DNA of 64,000 bases from Felis catus (taxonomy: Eukaryota): the NCBI RefSeq assembly GCF_018350175.1, contig NC_058383.1:19532001-19596000 (forward strand), given 5' to 3'. Of this stretch, positions 1 through 13,130 are shown one piece after another. Numbering within the stretch: the first letter of the stretch is position 1; every line of letters begins with the position of its first letter. The position numbers and the translations under genes are program-made. The notes below the pieces were generated by a model. It had not been told where the DNA came from. It did no database searches and saw only the letters and a list, made by a program, of their open reading frames with translations.

Positions 1-1230
1 GGTGTTCTGTGGTTAGCAACCACAGTCCGTGGGAGCCCAGGGCCAGGGCCAGTGCCGGGGCAGCAGATCGGCCCACGCGCTGGCCACACAGAAGGCAGTG
101 AGCATGCTGCTCGAGTGGGCACGGCGGTGGAGGAGGGCCTCTGCCCCCTTGCCCTCGCTCCCTGATCCTGTGGCTCCTTACTTTCTCTCCTGTCCTCTCT
201 TCTTGGGAAAAGCCAAGGAGTACTTTATTTGTGTCAACAAAGAAACAGGATGCTTTCAAAGAACCCCGATGTGGGGGTGTTTTGCACAGCCCTGTCAAGC
301 CCGGGTCCCCGTGCGGAGGCCTGTCAGGCTCTGTGTGGCGGTATCCTCCTCTGTCACACTCTGGCTCGCTCACTGCACTCTCCTCCTTCCTTGCCCCCCC
401 CGCCATTCCCCCGGCCTCTGGCCCTCCACGGTATGTGCCGGGCACACGCTTACCTCCGGCACCTTGAGTTTGTCCCAGGGTGCACATCCCCAAGTCCCTG
501 CGTGTCCCCCCCCCCCCACCACCACCACCTTACTTGCCCTCTAGGTGGAATTCTAGCCCTCCTCCCACGTCCCCACTGGTTCTCTGCACCGGCCGTTTCC
601 ATCTGTCGTGTGACTTTAGGTATCTTGTTAATACCTAAAAAGTATTAGAAAGTAAGTTCTGTGAGAGTCCGAACAGCGCTCACTGTGAGTTTGAGTGGAC
701 TGAACTGAAGTGAATCTGGGAGTTTTCAAGCATTCCCTCCCCCCACCCCCTCTTGCCTCAGTTCCAGGACTTGGCCGTTCTCTAGGATTTCTGCCCAAAA
801 TGCCTCGCCTGCGGGTGGTACACATGTTTCTGTGGTACCTAATCTACGGGCACCCTGCCAGCCATGTGCGGACAAAGCTGGGCCTTGGCAGTGAAAGAAG
901 AATGGGAAAGCAGGAGTCAGGCAGGATGGGAGTCCGGCCCTTCTCCAGAAATTACATGGAGACCTCCTCTGATGCCCTGCCCAAGGACAGCCTAGGGGGA
1001 ACCTTCCTGGAGACTGAAGTGGAGCCCCCCACGGAGAAAGGTGAGCTGTTGCCCTCTGGAGGGGAGTCCTAATGGTTCCTCATCCTTCTCATCTGAACTG
1101 GCTGAATCCCCACAGCGCCCCATCAAAGTAGAGTCATAATCTAGACTCTATGAACCCGTGGGCCTCCTGCCTGACAAGTAGGGTTTTGCCCGAGTTTGTG
1201 GTGAGAGGGAATCCAGACCTACCGGGATGA

Positions 1231-1476
<246 letters not shown>

Positions 1477-1529
1477 TAGACCGGAGGACCTACACTCACC
1501 TGGTCAAGGGAAAAAGTACTTCCAGACAT

Positions 1530-1865
1530 GTGGTTGGATGGATGGATGGAAGGAAGGAAGGAAGGAAGGAAGGAAGGAAGGATTGGATGGGTGGATGGTT
1601 GGGTGGATGGATGAGTGGGTGGAAGGAAGGTAGGAAGGGAGGGAGGCATGGAGGGAAGGGGGATAGATGGAGATGAGATGAGATGGATGGATGGAGAGAT
1701 TAGGTGAATGGGTGGGTAGATAGGCAGACAGATAGGTAGGTGATGGAGAATGATTGGATGGATGGACAGCTTGGATGGATGGATGGGTGGGTGGGTAGAT
1801 AGATAGGATAAACAGGATGGCTGGATAGACATAGATAAATTATTGGCTGGATAGATGGATGGTTG
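1530..1865. repeat. Degenerate (GGAT/GGAA/AGAT)n purine-rich simple repeat
   Basis: Direct reading of the sequence. Confidence 0.9.
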
Positions 1866-2100
1866 CTTGGTGTGTCAAAGGAAATACTTGAAAGACTTAA
1901 AGTTAGATCAATTAGATATATCGAAAGAGACAAAAAATTATGTTGTAGCAATATGCTTCTAGAAATTTGGTAAATACCAAAAAAGGAGACAATAGGTTCA
2001 GAGAGACTGCTGCCCGGAAAGGAGTGGTGTGTGTTTTTTCATGGTTCTTGCAATTGACCCTGGCCTTGAGGGTAAGCTGATCTTGAAAATGACCTCTTAG

Positions 2101-2199
<99 letters not shown>

Positions 2200-2700
2200 T
2201 AAGGTCCCTGAAAACGATGCAGGCTGGGTGACAGTCCCAGTGGGCCCCTTGAAGTTAGAGTTCTGAATAATTGTTCACCAGGAACAGAAAAAGGTTCTGC
2301 CCCCCAGCTTGTGAGGACTCGGGGTTTTCATTCATTCAGTGACCCTGTGAGCCTTCTGGATAAAGCACAGAGGCAGACGAAGTGGGGGCTGGAGAATTTT
2401 GTCACTTAATTTCAAGGTTCTTTTCAAGTAAAATCTGTCGATAAAGACTGCGAGGTTCGGAGTCGGTTTTTTTTTTTCCTTTGGCTAATTTTTCTTTCTC
2501 AATCAAAACCCCATGTCGGATCCACGCTCCGTTGCCCTGGTCGGGTGCCGGGAAGGGGCTTCCGGGTCTCTGCACAGGTCAGGCCCCATGAGGTAGAAGA
2601 GGGCGCCACGAGCGAGTCCCACGCCTTCGCCCGACGCGGACCCCCTGGCCACGGCCGAGTGCGCTGGCACCGGAACCCGCCGCTCCCCTCTGTTTTCCAG

Positions 2701-2797
2701 ACGCTACATTTTCTCTGTGGTGGAGAACCTTCAGAGGCTGTGCCACATGGGGCTGCTGCAGTTCGGCCCCACAGAAAAGTTTCAGGACAAGGATCAG
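2701..2797 (+). CDS. GTF3C1: GTF3C1 exon ([13 protein letters not shown]...FQDKDQ)
   Basis: ttttccag|A, CAG|gtaacg. Confidence 0.93.
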
Positions 2798-2908
2798 GTA
2801 ACGTGTCCCGTGCCCAAACGCAGGGGGTCCTGATGGCCAAGCAGTTTCCAGACAGCTGGCCGGCCGTGGTTCTGAGCTTCCCCCCTCGCCCCGTCCGCGT
2901 CTCCCTAG

Positions 2909-3202
<294 letters not shown>

Positions 3203-3282
3203 TAGAGTGTCCTTGGGGCTCCCTGAGGAAGGAGGGCGATGGGCTTCGAGAAGGGGGGCCCCCAGGCCACTCTGCTTTGTCT

Positions 3283-4160
3283 TCATTCACTCGTGCATTC
3301 AGTAGGTGTTTGTTGCACACCTGGTGTCTGTCATTCCTGGGCCTGACCCGGACACACGCACCCCTGCCTTCCTGAGTCTTAGTTCTCAACAGAGAAGACA
3401 CACAGATCCACGTCCCTTGCTGAGACAGATGCTGCGGAGGAAGTATGCAGGGGCGTGAGTGGAGGCTGTTTTAATGGGGTGGCATTTGAGCCGAGCTCTG
3501 AAGGCTGAGGCCGAGCCCAGAGCCGGGGAAGAACAGTACAGGCGTGGGAACGTCACGTGCATCATTGGGAGAAGCAAGAGGCTGGTGAGGGCGGGGAGGA
3601 GAGTGGCAGCTGCCATTGGAGAAGCAGGGAGGAGTCAGGACTCTGGGGGCCCTGTAGGACTTGGTACAGGGTTCGGGTTTATTCTAAGAGCAGGAAGAAA
3701 CCGCTGGATAGTTGTAGGCAAGAAGTGACAAGATCTCTGCCATTTTTTTTTTTAATTTTTTTTTTAACGTTTATTTATTTTTGAGACAGAGAGAGACAGA
3801 GCATGAATGGGGGAGGGGCAGAGAGAGAGGGAGACACAGAATCTGAAGCAGGCTCCAGGCTCTGAGCTGTCAGCCCAGAGCCCGACGCGGGGCTCGAACT
3901 CACGGACCGTGAGATTGTGACCTGAGCTGAAGTCGGACGCTTTACCGACTGAGCCACCCAGGCGCCCCTTCCATTTTTCAAAGCTCACCCTGGCTGCTGG
4001 GTGGGGAATGAACAGAGGACCCCAAGAGTAGAAACAGGGTTGTGACTCCTGTCCCAGAGAGATGTCCACTGGTGACAGTGAAGGCGGGGGACAGCTTGGC
4101 AGGTGTTTTGGAGGAAGAACTGAACAGATTTGGCCAGCAGGTCAGATGAGTCGGGTTTGG
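3283..4160 (-). mobile_element. Old LINE-2 3' fragment interrupted by a CanSINE
   Basis: ttcattcactc...gtttgttgcacacctgg resembles the L2 3' end as recalled; highly diverged. Confidence 0.5.
3743..3968 (-). mobile_element. CanSINE (SINEC_Fc-type)
   Basis: Reverse complement of GGGGCGCCTGGGTGGCTCAG head, B box, (CT)n, A tail. Confidence 0.95.
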
Positions 4161-4997
4161 GGGTCAGGCCTTTGCTTGTGTCTTCTTCCTACCCCTGCCA
4201 TGTCCCTTGACCTGTGTTCACCTGGCAGTGACCACTCGTGCATCAAGCATCATCTCTTTGAGGAAGCTTTTCAGCACCTTTATGCTGTCAGCTGCTCTTT
4301 CTGAGGATTCCTTGCGCACAGGAGATTTGGCTTCCGTCCCCACGGTGTCTCAAAGTGCCTGGTGCACGGTCGACGTCCCGTGAATGTTGGTTGACTAGAG
4401 GGAGGCTTTGTGCAAGGCCATAGACCAGCGCTCTTTCCTCCAAGCCAGTTTCCACCTGGTCTCTTCGTGCCACTTCTACTAGGAGGAAGGGCTGCCATGT
4501 CCGGTCTGAACCTGGGAGGGGAGCCCTCTTCCCTTGCTCCTGTCACAGAGCCGAAAGGTCACCATTGCACCTCACTTCTTGGAAAGCCGGAGGCCCAGGT
4601 CTGGATGGGGGCGAGGGGCTGCGGGGGAGCCCATGACCCACACTGCTCGCTTGTGTTGGGTAGATTTGTTTACTGTCGGCGGGGTGATGGACCCTTGCAG
4701 TGAGAACCTTTAATGTAATGGGTCCAGACAGGTTTTAGAACTCGTGTGTTTCATAGAATCCTCTGGCATTCCGTAAGCTAGGCTTTTACCATTTCGGATT
4801 TTTGGAGTGCCCTAATTCCTCTGCATTTTATACCCAGATAAAAATTTGTGAACCGGTATGTTATTTGCACCAGAGTTGTTGAGGCTTGACAACTGGTGAA
4901 TTTCCATCCCTTTTAGTGTTCATGAGCAGAAATAGGGGAGGCTTAGAGTCCATTAAGCAGGCACCGATTGTCCCTTCATTTAACAAACACTCGAGGA

Positions 4998-5216
4998 GGG
5001 GCGCCTGGGTGGCTCAGTCGTTAAGCGTCCAACTTCAGCTCAGGTCATGATCTCGCGGCTGGTGAGTTCAAGCCCCGCGTCGGGCTCTGTGCTGACGGCT
5101 CGGAGCCTTGAGCCTGCTTCGGATTCTGTGTCTCCCTCTCTCTCTGCCCCTCTGCTTCATGCTCTGTGTCTGTCTGAAAAATAAATAAATGTTAAAAAAA
5201 AAAATTTTAAAAAAAA
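4998..5216 (+). mobile_element. CanSINE
   Basis: tRNA-like head, CT tract, A tail; TSD approximately CACTC(G/A)AGGA. Confidence 0.95.
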
Positions 5217-5289
5217 CCACTCAAGGAGGTTCTGCCCCAAGGACTAAGGGGAAAGTACCATATAATAAGACATGAGCATCCTTCAGAGC

Positions 5290-5430
5290 AAGGGCTCACC
5301 AAGCATGGGTATGGGTATCACCAAGCAGATTCACTGGGAGAGACTGTTAAAATGAAGATTACCGGGCCCTGTCCAGAGCTTTGGATTCAGCAGGTGTGGG
5401 GATGGCCTAAATCTGCATTTCGAACTCACA
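5290..5430. mobile_element. MER5A-like hAT-Charlie remnant
   Basis: ctgttaaaatgaagatt...gattcagcaggtgtggggatggcc...atctgcattt resembles the recalled consensus. Confidence 0.55.
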
Positions 5431-6141
5431 GCGAGGTGGCGCACAGGAGAAGCATTGCCTTAAGTCCTCCTAGGCTTAACCAGCCATTCACATGTGTGAC
5501 CTTGAGCTCCCCTGAAGACCTCTCTGAGGTTAACCTCTTCATTTCTAAGCCAGGAGCACCACCACCACCAAATTATGGGCTGAAGCAGAGCTTGAACCCC
5601 GTGTCTTATGTAAACACCAGCGAGCAGTGTGGGGCATGGGCTCCCCCGCAACCCCCCGCCCCCACCCAGACCAATGTCTCCAGTCGATCATGTTAGAAGA
5701 CCGTCTTTGGTAGTGTGCAAATCACCAGAATCTTCCTTTGCCTTACTCAAGCAACAGTTCATAGCGGTTTATGTTTTCTTGCAAGAAACACAGTTTTCTT
5801 TATTGTGCCTTTATAGAACGCTATTGCTCAACTGTGTTAATGCAGCTCTTGGACACTCAGAGAACATCTGGCTGTCCTCCAGACCCCACCTGGCCCAGGG
5901 ACACTGCACTGAGCTATCTGCCCAGATCCCTGCTGACCCTGACTCCACGGCCCCTGCCAAGTGCATCATTTTTGCTTACCGCCTCCTCCTGGCTGGCACA
6001 CAGGAGCTCCGTAGGCTTTCCCTGAGGAAGGAGGCCCCAGGGCTCCTCTGCTCGCGATCCCCCCACGGCCGTTGGCCTCTCCTGTTGCCAGCTTGCCTTC
6101 CCTCCCTCGTGCAGTTCAGCCAGAGTACAAATCCTTTACTC

Positions 6142-6261
6142 GGGTTCACACCCCAGTGTTTGACCCCCTGACATCTATGATAACGCATTTGTATGAAGAG
6201 GGTTCACACCCCAGTGTTTGACCCCCTGACATCTATGATAACGCATTTGTGTGAAGAGGGT
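6142..6261. repeat. 58-bp tandem duplication (2 copies, 1 mismatch)
   Basis: gggttcacaccccagtgtttg... starts at 6142 and 6200. Confidence 0.95.
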
Positions 6262-6400
6262 CTACCAGTTTCAGAGCCTGTCCCGCGGTGGTGAGCGGAG
6301 TCACAGGAAGGGAATCTTTCTCTTGCCCGCGGCTGCGAGGCGGCCTGCCGGAGCCACAGCAGGACACGGTCACCAGGGAAGCTTGCGTTTGCTCTCTCAG

Positions 6401-6542
6401 GTGTGGTGCGCTACCCGCGCATCAGGAAGAACGGCACCCAGGATGAGGGCACTGATGAGGAGGGCAGTCTGCAGAAGGAGCAGGAGAGCGCCATCGACAA
6501 ACACAATCTGGAGCGCAAGTGTGCCCTGATGGAGTACACCAC
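6401..6542 (+). CDS. GTF3C1: GTF3C1 exon ([10 protein letters not shown]...LMEYT)
   Basis: ctctcag|GT, AC|gtgcgt. Confidence 0.9.
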
Positions 6543-6834
6543 GTGCGTCCCCACCCCCCCTCCCCCCCCCCGCCCCGCCCCCAAGTGCAGTCCCACAGGC
6601 TCCATCCAGCTCCTGGGTGTCCGGCCACATAGGTCAGGCCGGGAGCGCCCACGTCTCTGGTGCAGAGGCCGCAAATTGGCGGCCACGGGCCCCTCTGGCC
6701 CCGGCCAGCCCTTGGCCCACATACTGTTAAAACAGAACAAACTTGGTTGCCACAATTCAGAAGTTGGGAAATTTACGTAAAATTCTGGGGTCGGACAAGC
6801 GTTTCCCTTCTGTCACGTGTTACCAAGAAGGTAA

Positions 6835-7161
<327 letters not shown>

Positions 7162-7563
7162 TGATTTGGTCAAACCAAAGTTGACCAGAGGCACAAGTAC
7201 TTACATCCGTATGTATTGAAGGCACATCAGGCCCTTTAAATACCTGCCTGGCCAGTGTTGTTGTTTGTTTTGTTTTTTGTTTTTTTCAACGGATTCTAAC
7301 TGATTCTGTCACACGGACAGGTATTCCTTTTTAAAGAAGGAACAGAAAGTCCATGAGACACAGGTCATACATGAGGGAGCACGTGTGCAAGAAGCAAGTG
7401 GCTGCCCAGCCCCAGGGGCAGCCCGACGGCTTCTGGAACGCAGCTGCGCAGCCGCCCTCCCCTCTCTGCCAGAGACCAGTACACCTCAGTGCATTTGATG
7501 CTCTGGGTCCCTGGGGGTTCAGGGAAGCCCCTGCTTCTTTCCAGTGATGCGCTTGTCTTTTAG

Positions 7564-7645
7564 GAGAACACCGCATCTGAAAATGGGCTCATGGTGAGAC
7601 TCCAGACGTTTCTGTCCAGGCGCCCGTTGCCACTCAGTGCTGGAG
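7564..7645 (+). CDS. GTF3C1: GTF3C1 exon (ENTASENGLMVRLQTFLSRRPLPLSAG)
   Basis: cttttag|GAG, G|gtacgt. Confidence 0.9.
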
Positions 7646-7783
7646 GTACGTGAGCTGGGGGTTCACCTTGGAGACAGACGCGGGACCGGCCCAGGCCACG
7701 TGACTACCTACCACACGTTCCATTCGGCTTCTGGCCTTCGCGGGGCTCATCCTGAAATGCTCACCTCCTGTGCTTATTTCCAG

Positions 7784-7972
7784 GCAGTGGCAGGTTGAAT
7801 ATCTGGGGGGAAGCCAGAGCAGGATCTGAGCTCTGCACTGACAGGGAAGAGCAGTTCGAGATGGACCGAGAGCCCACACTGGACCGGAACTGGAGAGTGA
7901 GGGGTGGGAAAAGCCAGAAGCGGAAACGGCTGAAGAAAGACCCCGGAAAGAAGATCAAGAAAAAGAAAAAAG
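7784..7972 (+). CDS. GTF3C1: GTF3C1 exon ([11 protein letters not shown]...[17 protein letters not shown], basic NLS-like tract)
   Basis: tttccag|GC acceptor; weak G|gtcccg donor required by phase. Confidence 0.88.
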
Positions 7973-8994
7973 GTCCCGTGATGGTCGCTCACGTCGGCTA
8001 GGCCTTGTCTGTGTACATTCCGGCTCAGAGATGGACTGCAGTCTCACTGCGGCCGGGGCTGAGCTCTGCCCCCAGACCCGGGCTTCTCTTCTCCCTCTGT
8101 TTGTAGGGCTGACTGTGCACGGTCGCCGTCTCGTCCTCCACATCGAGCTGGCAGACTGAGAGATCCTCAAGCTTCTTACATGCTTCCTCTTTGTGTCTTA
8201 GAGGGTCTTTCAGCTTTGTGACGCCCCTCAGTTCAATTTTCTAACTTCATCTCAACTGAAAAAACCTTAGCAAAAATCATTAGCAGAAATCCTCATCTCA
8301 ACCAGCCAAAATCCTATTATTCTTTTGGTTTGGCTTTTGATACTTGCATTATATCAATCGAGGCAAACAAAGTTCAAAAGTCACGTTGTGTTTTTAACTC
8401 AGAGGAAAGGTGGGAGTCGGTCAGGCCAGGCCTGCGGAATCTCTTCCAGTCTCGTGAGCCCCCTGGGTGTGTCTTAGACTGCTGTTTTGGATCCTTCCCC
8501 GGGGCAAGTATTATAGCGAAGGACAGCAGGAGGACAGTGAGGAGATGGGTGCCTGTGTTTTCGTTCATTTTTACATCACCTAAGTGGTCTGTGTGTCGTA
8601 ACAACGATCTGATAGCTATACCGTTTTCCGATGAGAACAGAATGTTTAAATGGGAACCTGTTTTCAGTGGTTTACTTGGCTGCTGTTTATAACAAATAGG
8701 CTTATGTCCATTGGAAAGCCCCGCCCCCGCCCCCCAACTTCAGCTCAGCCTATCCAGATAGGCTTGGGGTCAGTTTGGCTCACAAAGACCTAAATTCATC
8801 ACAAGGCAAAATCCGGTGGTGGTGTCCCATGGAATCCCAAATGTTCTCACCCTACTTTTCTTCTGCCTACATTTGGAAGAAATGTCCTAAACAAACAGTC
8901 TCTTGGAATTAGCAGTAGCATATGGTGTTTACCTTGTCAAACTGCCATGAGTCTATCCCGAGGGGAGGAGATGTTGAGAGAACCTGGCGGGTAA

Positions 8995-9212
8995 GAGCTC
9001 ATGGTTCAGACCCTCTGTCTGCTGCTGACTGGGCTGTGTGACTTTGGGCAAATTGCCATGTCTCACCGTGTTTCAGAGTCCTCAGCTACAAAATGGGGAT
9101 TGTAACTGCCTCCTTATAGAGTTGATGCAAAGTAGCATTTTGATTATGGGTTGTTAATATGTAAACAGCTTAAACCAGTGCTTGGCATACAGTAAATACT
9201 CCATAATGTTGG
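8995..9212 (+). mobile_element. MIR
   Basis: ctgtgtgactttgggcaa...aaaatgggga...cagtgcttggcatacagtaa. Confidence 0.7.
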
Positions 9213-9665
9213 TGACTGGCACCGCACGGGGTATTTTATACCCAGTCTGGTTCAGTCCTCACGGCAGCCCTGAAGGCTGCACCTTGTTGTCCCCATGGTG
9301 CCCCGGAGTGTGTCCAGCATCTCAGAGGTCGCCAAGCGGGAGAATGGTGGGGGCCCTGCGCATGCTCCAGCCCTCAAAGTGCCTACCACCGCGGTGGGAG
9401 GGATGGGACATGGGCTGCGTTCAGGCTGCCCAGCTTCTCACAATGAAATTTGACCAGAGAGAAAATGACAGAAGCAGTTAAAGTATCTCTCTGTCAAGGC
9501 CCGAGTCTTTTGCGGTTAGTTTTTATGGTTTCTGACACAATGGGATTCTGGTAGCTGATAGCTTTGGTCAGATCTCACTAGCCGAGTAGGGACCCTTCCC
9601 CTCCAGAGTGCCAGCTCCAATCCGGCTGTTAGAAGCTCCCTCTCTTCTCCCCCTGATATTCTTAG

Positions 9666-9823
9666 AAGAGTCCCCCAAAGAGAAAAACAGGAGGCTGCGT
9701 TACCACGATGAGGCCGACCAGAGCGCGCTGCAGAGGATGACCCGGCTGCGCGTCACGTGGTCCATGCAGGAGGACGGGCTGCTCATGCTCTGCCGGATCG
9801 CCAGCAACGTCCTCAATGCCAAG
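9666..9823 (+). CDS. GTF3C1: GTF3C1 exon ([18 protein letters not shown]...IASNVLNAK)
   Basis: ttcttag|AA, AAG|gtatcg; a duplicate donor lies at 9907/9908. Confidence 0.92.
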
Positions 9824-9971
9824 GTATCGGGCCCCCGGGCCCCTGCCCCTCCCTGGCCTGCCGCCTCGCTTTCCCTCTCCATCGCCAGCAACGTCCTCAA
9901 TGCCAAGGTATTCGGCCCCCGGGCCCCCGGGCCCCTGCCCCTCCCTGGCCTGCCGCCTCACTTTCCCTCTC
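9797..9971 (+). repeat. 84-bp tandem duplication spanning an exon end and 5' splice site
   Basis: atcgccagcaacgtcctcaatgccaaggtat at 9797 and 9881. Confidence 0.97.
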
Positions 9972-11765
9972 GTGGGGAGCTCTGTTCCCTATGTGGCCGC
10001 ACACAGACACTCAAGGCCCCTGGGACGCTCAACTGTTTTGCTTGGCCACCAGGAGAAACGTTTCCCAGAATCCCACAGATGAATATTCCCGGCCTTGCTC
10101 ATTTCTTTCCAGCCTTCGGCTAACACACATAGATCTTTGCCTACCTGCAGGCTAAACAGCTCGGCGCTGTTCTTACTCTTCACCGGGAACCTAACCCTTT
10201 CTGCTCCCCTTCTCCCGCCCTCACCTGCCTGGAAAACTCCTGTTTTTCTTTCATAACTGCTTATCATCTCTGGAGAGGCTTCATCGATCCTGCCAATTGG
10301 AAGTAATTACCGCGTTCTTACCGTGTCCTTCGCACGTGGACTTTTTTTTCACGCTGCTTCTGTTGCTTCTGGCCCCTCTTGGCTTGTGGGAGTGGCTGCC
10401 GCTCAAGGCAGGGAGACCGCCCGTTTGTTTCGTAGCCACGGCCCCTAGCACGGTGCTCACCACACGGTAACCACTGGGTCGTTGTTCCCCGAATCTATGT
10501 GGGATGGTGACGGTGGCCTCAGCCTGGCTCCCCGGCTTCGTCACGGCTCAGTCCCCGCCTACCGTGCCACAGTCCCCCACACTCACGTCTTCTTCCCGGT
10601 CTGTGTCCCTGAACCCTGGCAGCTGGGGAGGGGCTTCCCATCGAGCAAATTCTTCCCCTTTCCTCTGATGTCACTGCCTCCAAGAAGGTTCCCCAGCCCG
10701 AGCCAGAGCTCCCCTTCTCACCATGTTCCCCAGAGTAGCCTCACTGACTCCTAGTCTGACTATTCCTGCCTCTTTGCCCTGCTCTGATCTTCTGAGTTTG
10801 CAGCAGGGCGTGGGGAGAGCCATCCAGGTAGGCGAACGTCCAGGCAGGCTGGTTCACAGAAGCCGCCAGAGGATGGGCTCTGCCACCGTGTAGTCCAGGG
10901 CCGCCTCCAGGTAGTGACACCACCGGCTTCCCTGGTGCCCAGGTTGCGTGCCCTGTCCTCGGGCGCATCAGCCAAGAGAAGCCCCGGCGGAGGTCCCGTG
11001 CCCAGAATGCCCTCTGCATCAGGCCTGCTGGATCCCTTTTCTTGACCACTTCTCCACATGCTCTCACCCTCCCATTCCCTCCTAAATTCCAGCCCAGTTC
11101 TTCCTCCAGAAAACAACCTGGAGGTGACAGGCTGCCATCCCTGATCTCTGTTCCTTGCCTCTGTGATAGCGGAGAGATGTGCCTGCCTCCACCCACCCTC
11201 CTTGCAGCCGGTGGGACCAGGAGAGCCCTGCTTGGTTCTGGGGCAGCAGACCCTCCCCTCATCTGCTTACCTACACACCACATTCTTGGGCCACCTCATT
11301 CTGGGGGCTTTCGGAGAATAACCTCGTGATCAAGCCCCTTCCCGTCTTGGTGCTCCTTTCCTGCATGTTTTTGGCGGAGATGTTCTCCTGAGTCTCTGAT
11401 GGTGAAGCTAATTCAGTGCTTCCGTTTCTACTAATGCACAGAATGTTTCTGAGCATACGCAGTGTGCTCTTAAACCTCGAGAACCGCCCAGCTGACACGT
11501 TTGTCATAACCTTCCCTAACATGCTGCCCTTCCAGACAGCATTACCCTGTGCCCTCCGAGTACCTGTTACTTGCCGGAACACTCTTCCCCGCCGGTTGTT
11601 GAGGATTTGGCTTATTTTTCTCTGCCCAGCACCTCACTCGTGCCCGGCGCACCGTCAGTGCTCCGTAAACGTGATCCAAGTAAACCCGGGAGGGGCCGGC
11701 TTTGAGTGTCCGCTGAGGAAGGAGGCGCCGCAGAACATGCCTTCCCCCGTCCTTTACGATCGTGA

Positions 11766-11966
<201 letters not shown>

Positions 11967-12902
11967 TAAGCCGTGTTTGAACTTTCATAAGTTGGGGCCA
12001 CAGTTACTCCCGTGCTTCTAGTTCGTTCTTTACTCTCCTTGCATCTCGTTTGCCCAAGAGTCCGCTCCAAAATCCAGAGAGAGTGGTGAGTGTGCAATAG
12101 CTCGCCCGTAGCCTGCCCGAGTGTTGGGGCCTGTGGGTGAAACCGCCCGTGAGTTTTCAAGGGCTCGGCCTGCCTCTGGGCCGTTTTCCGTATCCGGTGT
12201 CTTACACGCTTCAGGACAGCCTTGTGACGTACGTGCTGTTGTCCTTCACTACCCATGAGGAGGCGGAGGCCAGTCAGGCTGGGCGGCTCACTGAATGCAT
12301 CCCGCCAGCGGCGTGTGGTCAGGCAGAGGCGTCTGCTGAGTTTCACCACTGTCTTCAGCGCTCAGGGCGGTTCTAGATGTCAGGGCCCGTCACATAGCTC
12401 CCTCCAGGAAGAAGCGGGGCAGGACCGGAGTCATCGGACCCAAGAGCACTGTCCCCATTACGTCCTCAGCACGTCCTCGGCGTTCCCCTAGAGGGCCGGG
12501 TCCGCGTGGTGGTGGTGGCTGGCCGGGGGCCACAAAGCATCCTCGTTGTGGCTTGTCGGTTGCCAGTGAGGCTGCCCACCCAGGCCTCCCTCCCACGGCC
12601 AGGGCACGGCACTGTCGCCTGCCCTGTCAGCCCCCGCCACAGGCGTGGGCTCGAGTGGGGAGGACCAGCGGGCGTCCGGGCTGTGCGCGGGGGGGCCCCA
12701 AGCGTTGCCGCCAGCACGAGAGCGGGGCCAGGAGGGGGCACGTGGCAGGGTTGGGAAGGACTGCTCCCACCGACTGGTTGTTCGTGCCCTGGGTCGGCAG
12801 GAGAGCGTAGCTCGGGTTGACTCTGAGCCGTGGGCTGCCTGCCGTCCGCTGGGTTGTAGAGGGAGACAGCCCAGCCGTGGACTGTGGAGTAAATCACTGC
12901 GA

Positions 12903-13130
12903 CCAGTTTCTCACCCTCAGCACGACTGACATTTGGGGCCAGGTCACTGTTTGTTGTGGGGCCATCCTGTGCGCTGTAGCATGTTTAGTAGAAGCCCCGC
13001 CTCCACCCACTAGATGCCAGCGGCACCCCACCCCCAGCCGTGACAACCACACACGCCTCCAGATGTCTGCAGGGGCCAGCGCACAAGGGCCTTTCCTGTG
13101 GGGAGCCACTTGGCCCTATGTGGAGAATCT
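12903..13130 (-). mobile_element. MER20 hAT-Charlie DNA transposon
   Basis: tttctcaccctcagcac..tgacatttggggcc..ttgttgtggg..cccactagatgccag..gtgacaacc matches the recalled MER20 reverse complement. Confidence 0.8.

Noticed and set aside
3775..3981. Recurrent 'MAQSVKRPTSAQV...' ORFs and tRNA-like A/B boxes
   Set aside because: CanSINE-derived, not tRNA genes or proteins. Autoregulation of GTF3C1 through SINE B boxes is unsupported because such SINEs are genome-wide.
9663..9668. NAGNAG tandem acceptor (TAG AAG)
   Set aside because: It would change only one Glu, the distal AAG is weak, and this pattern is commonplace.
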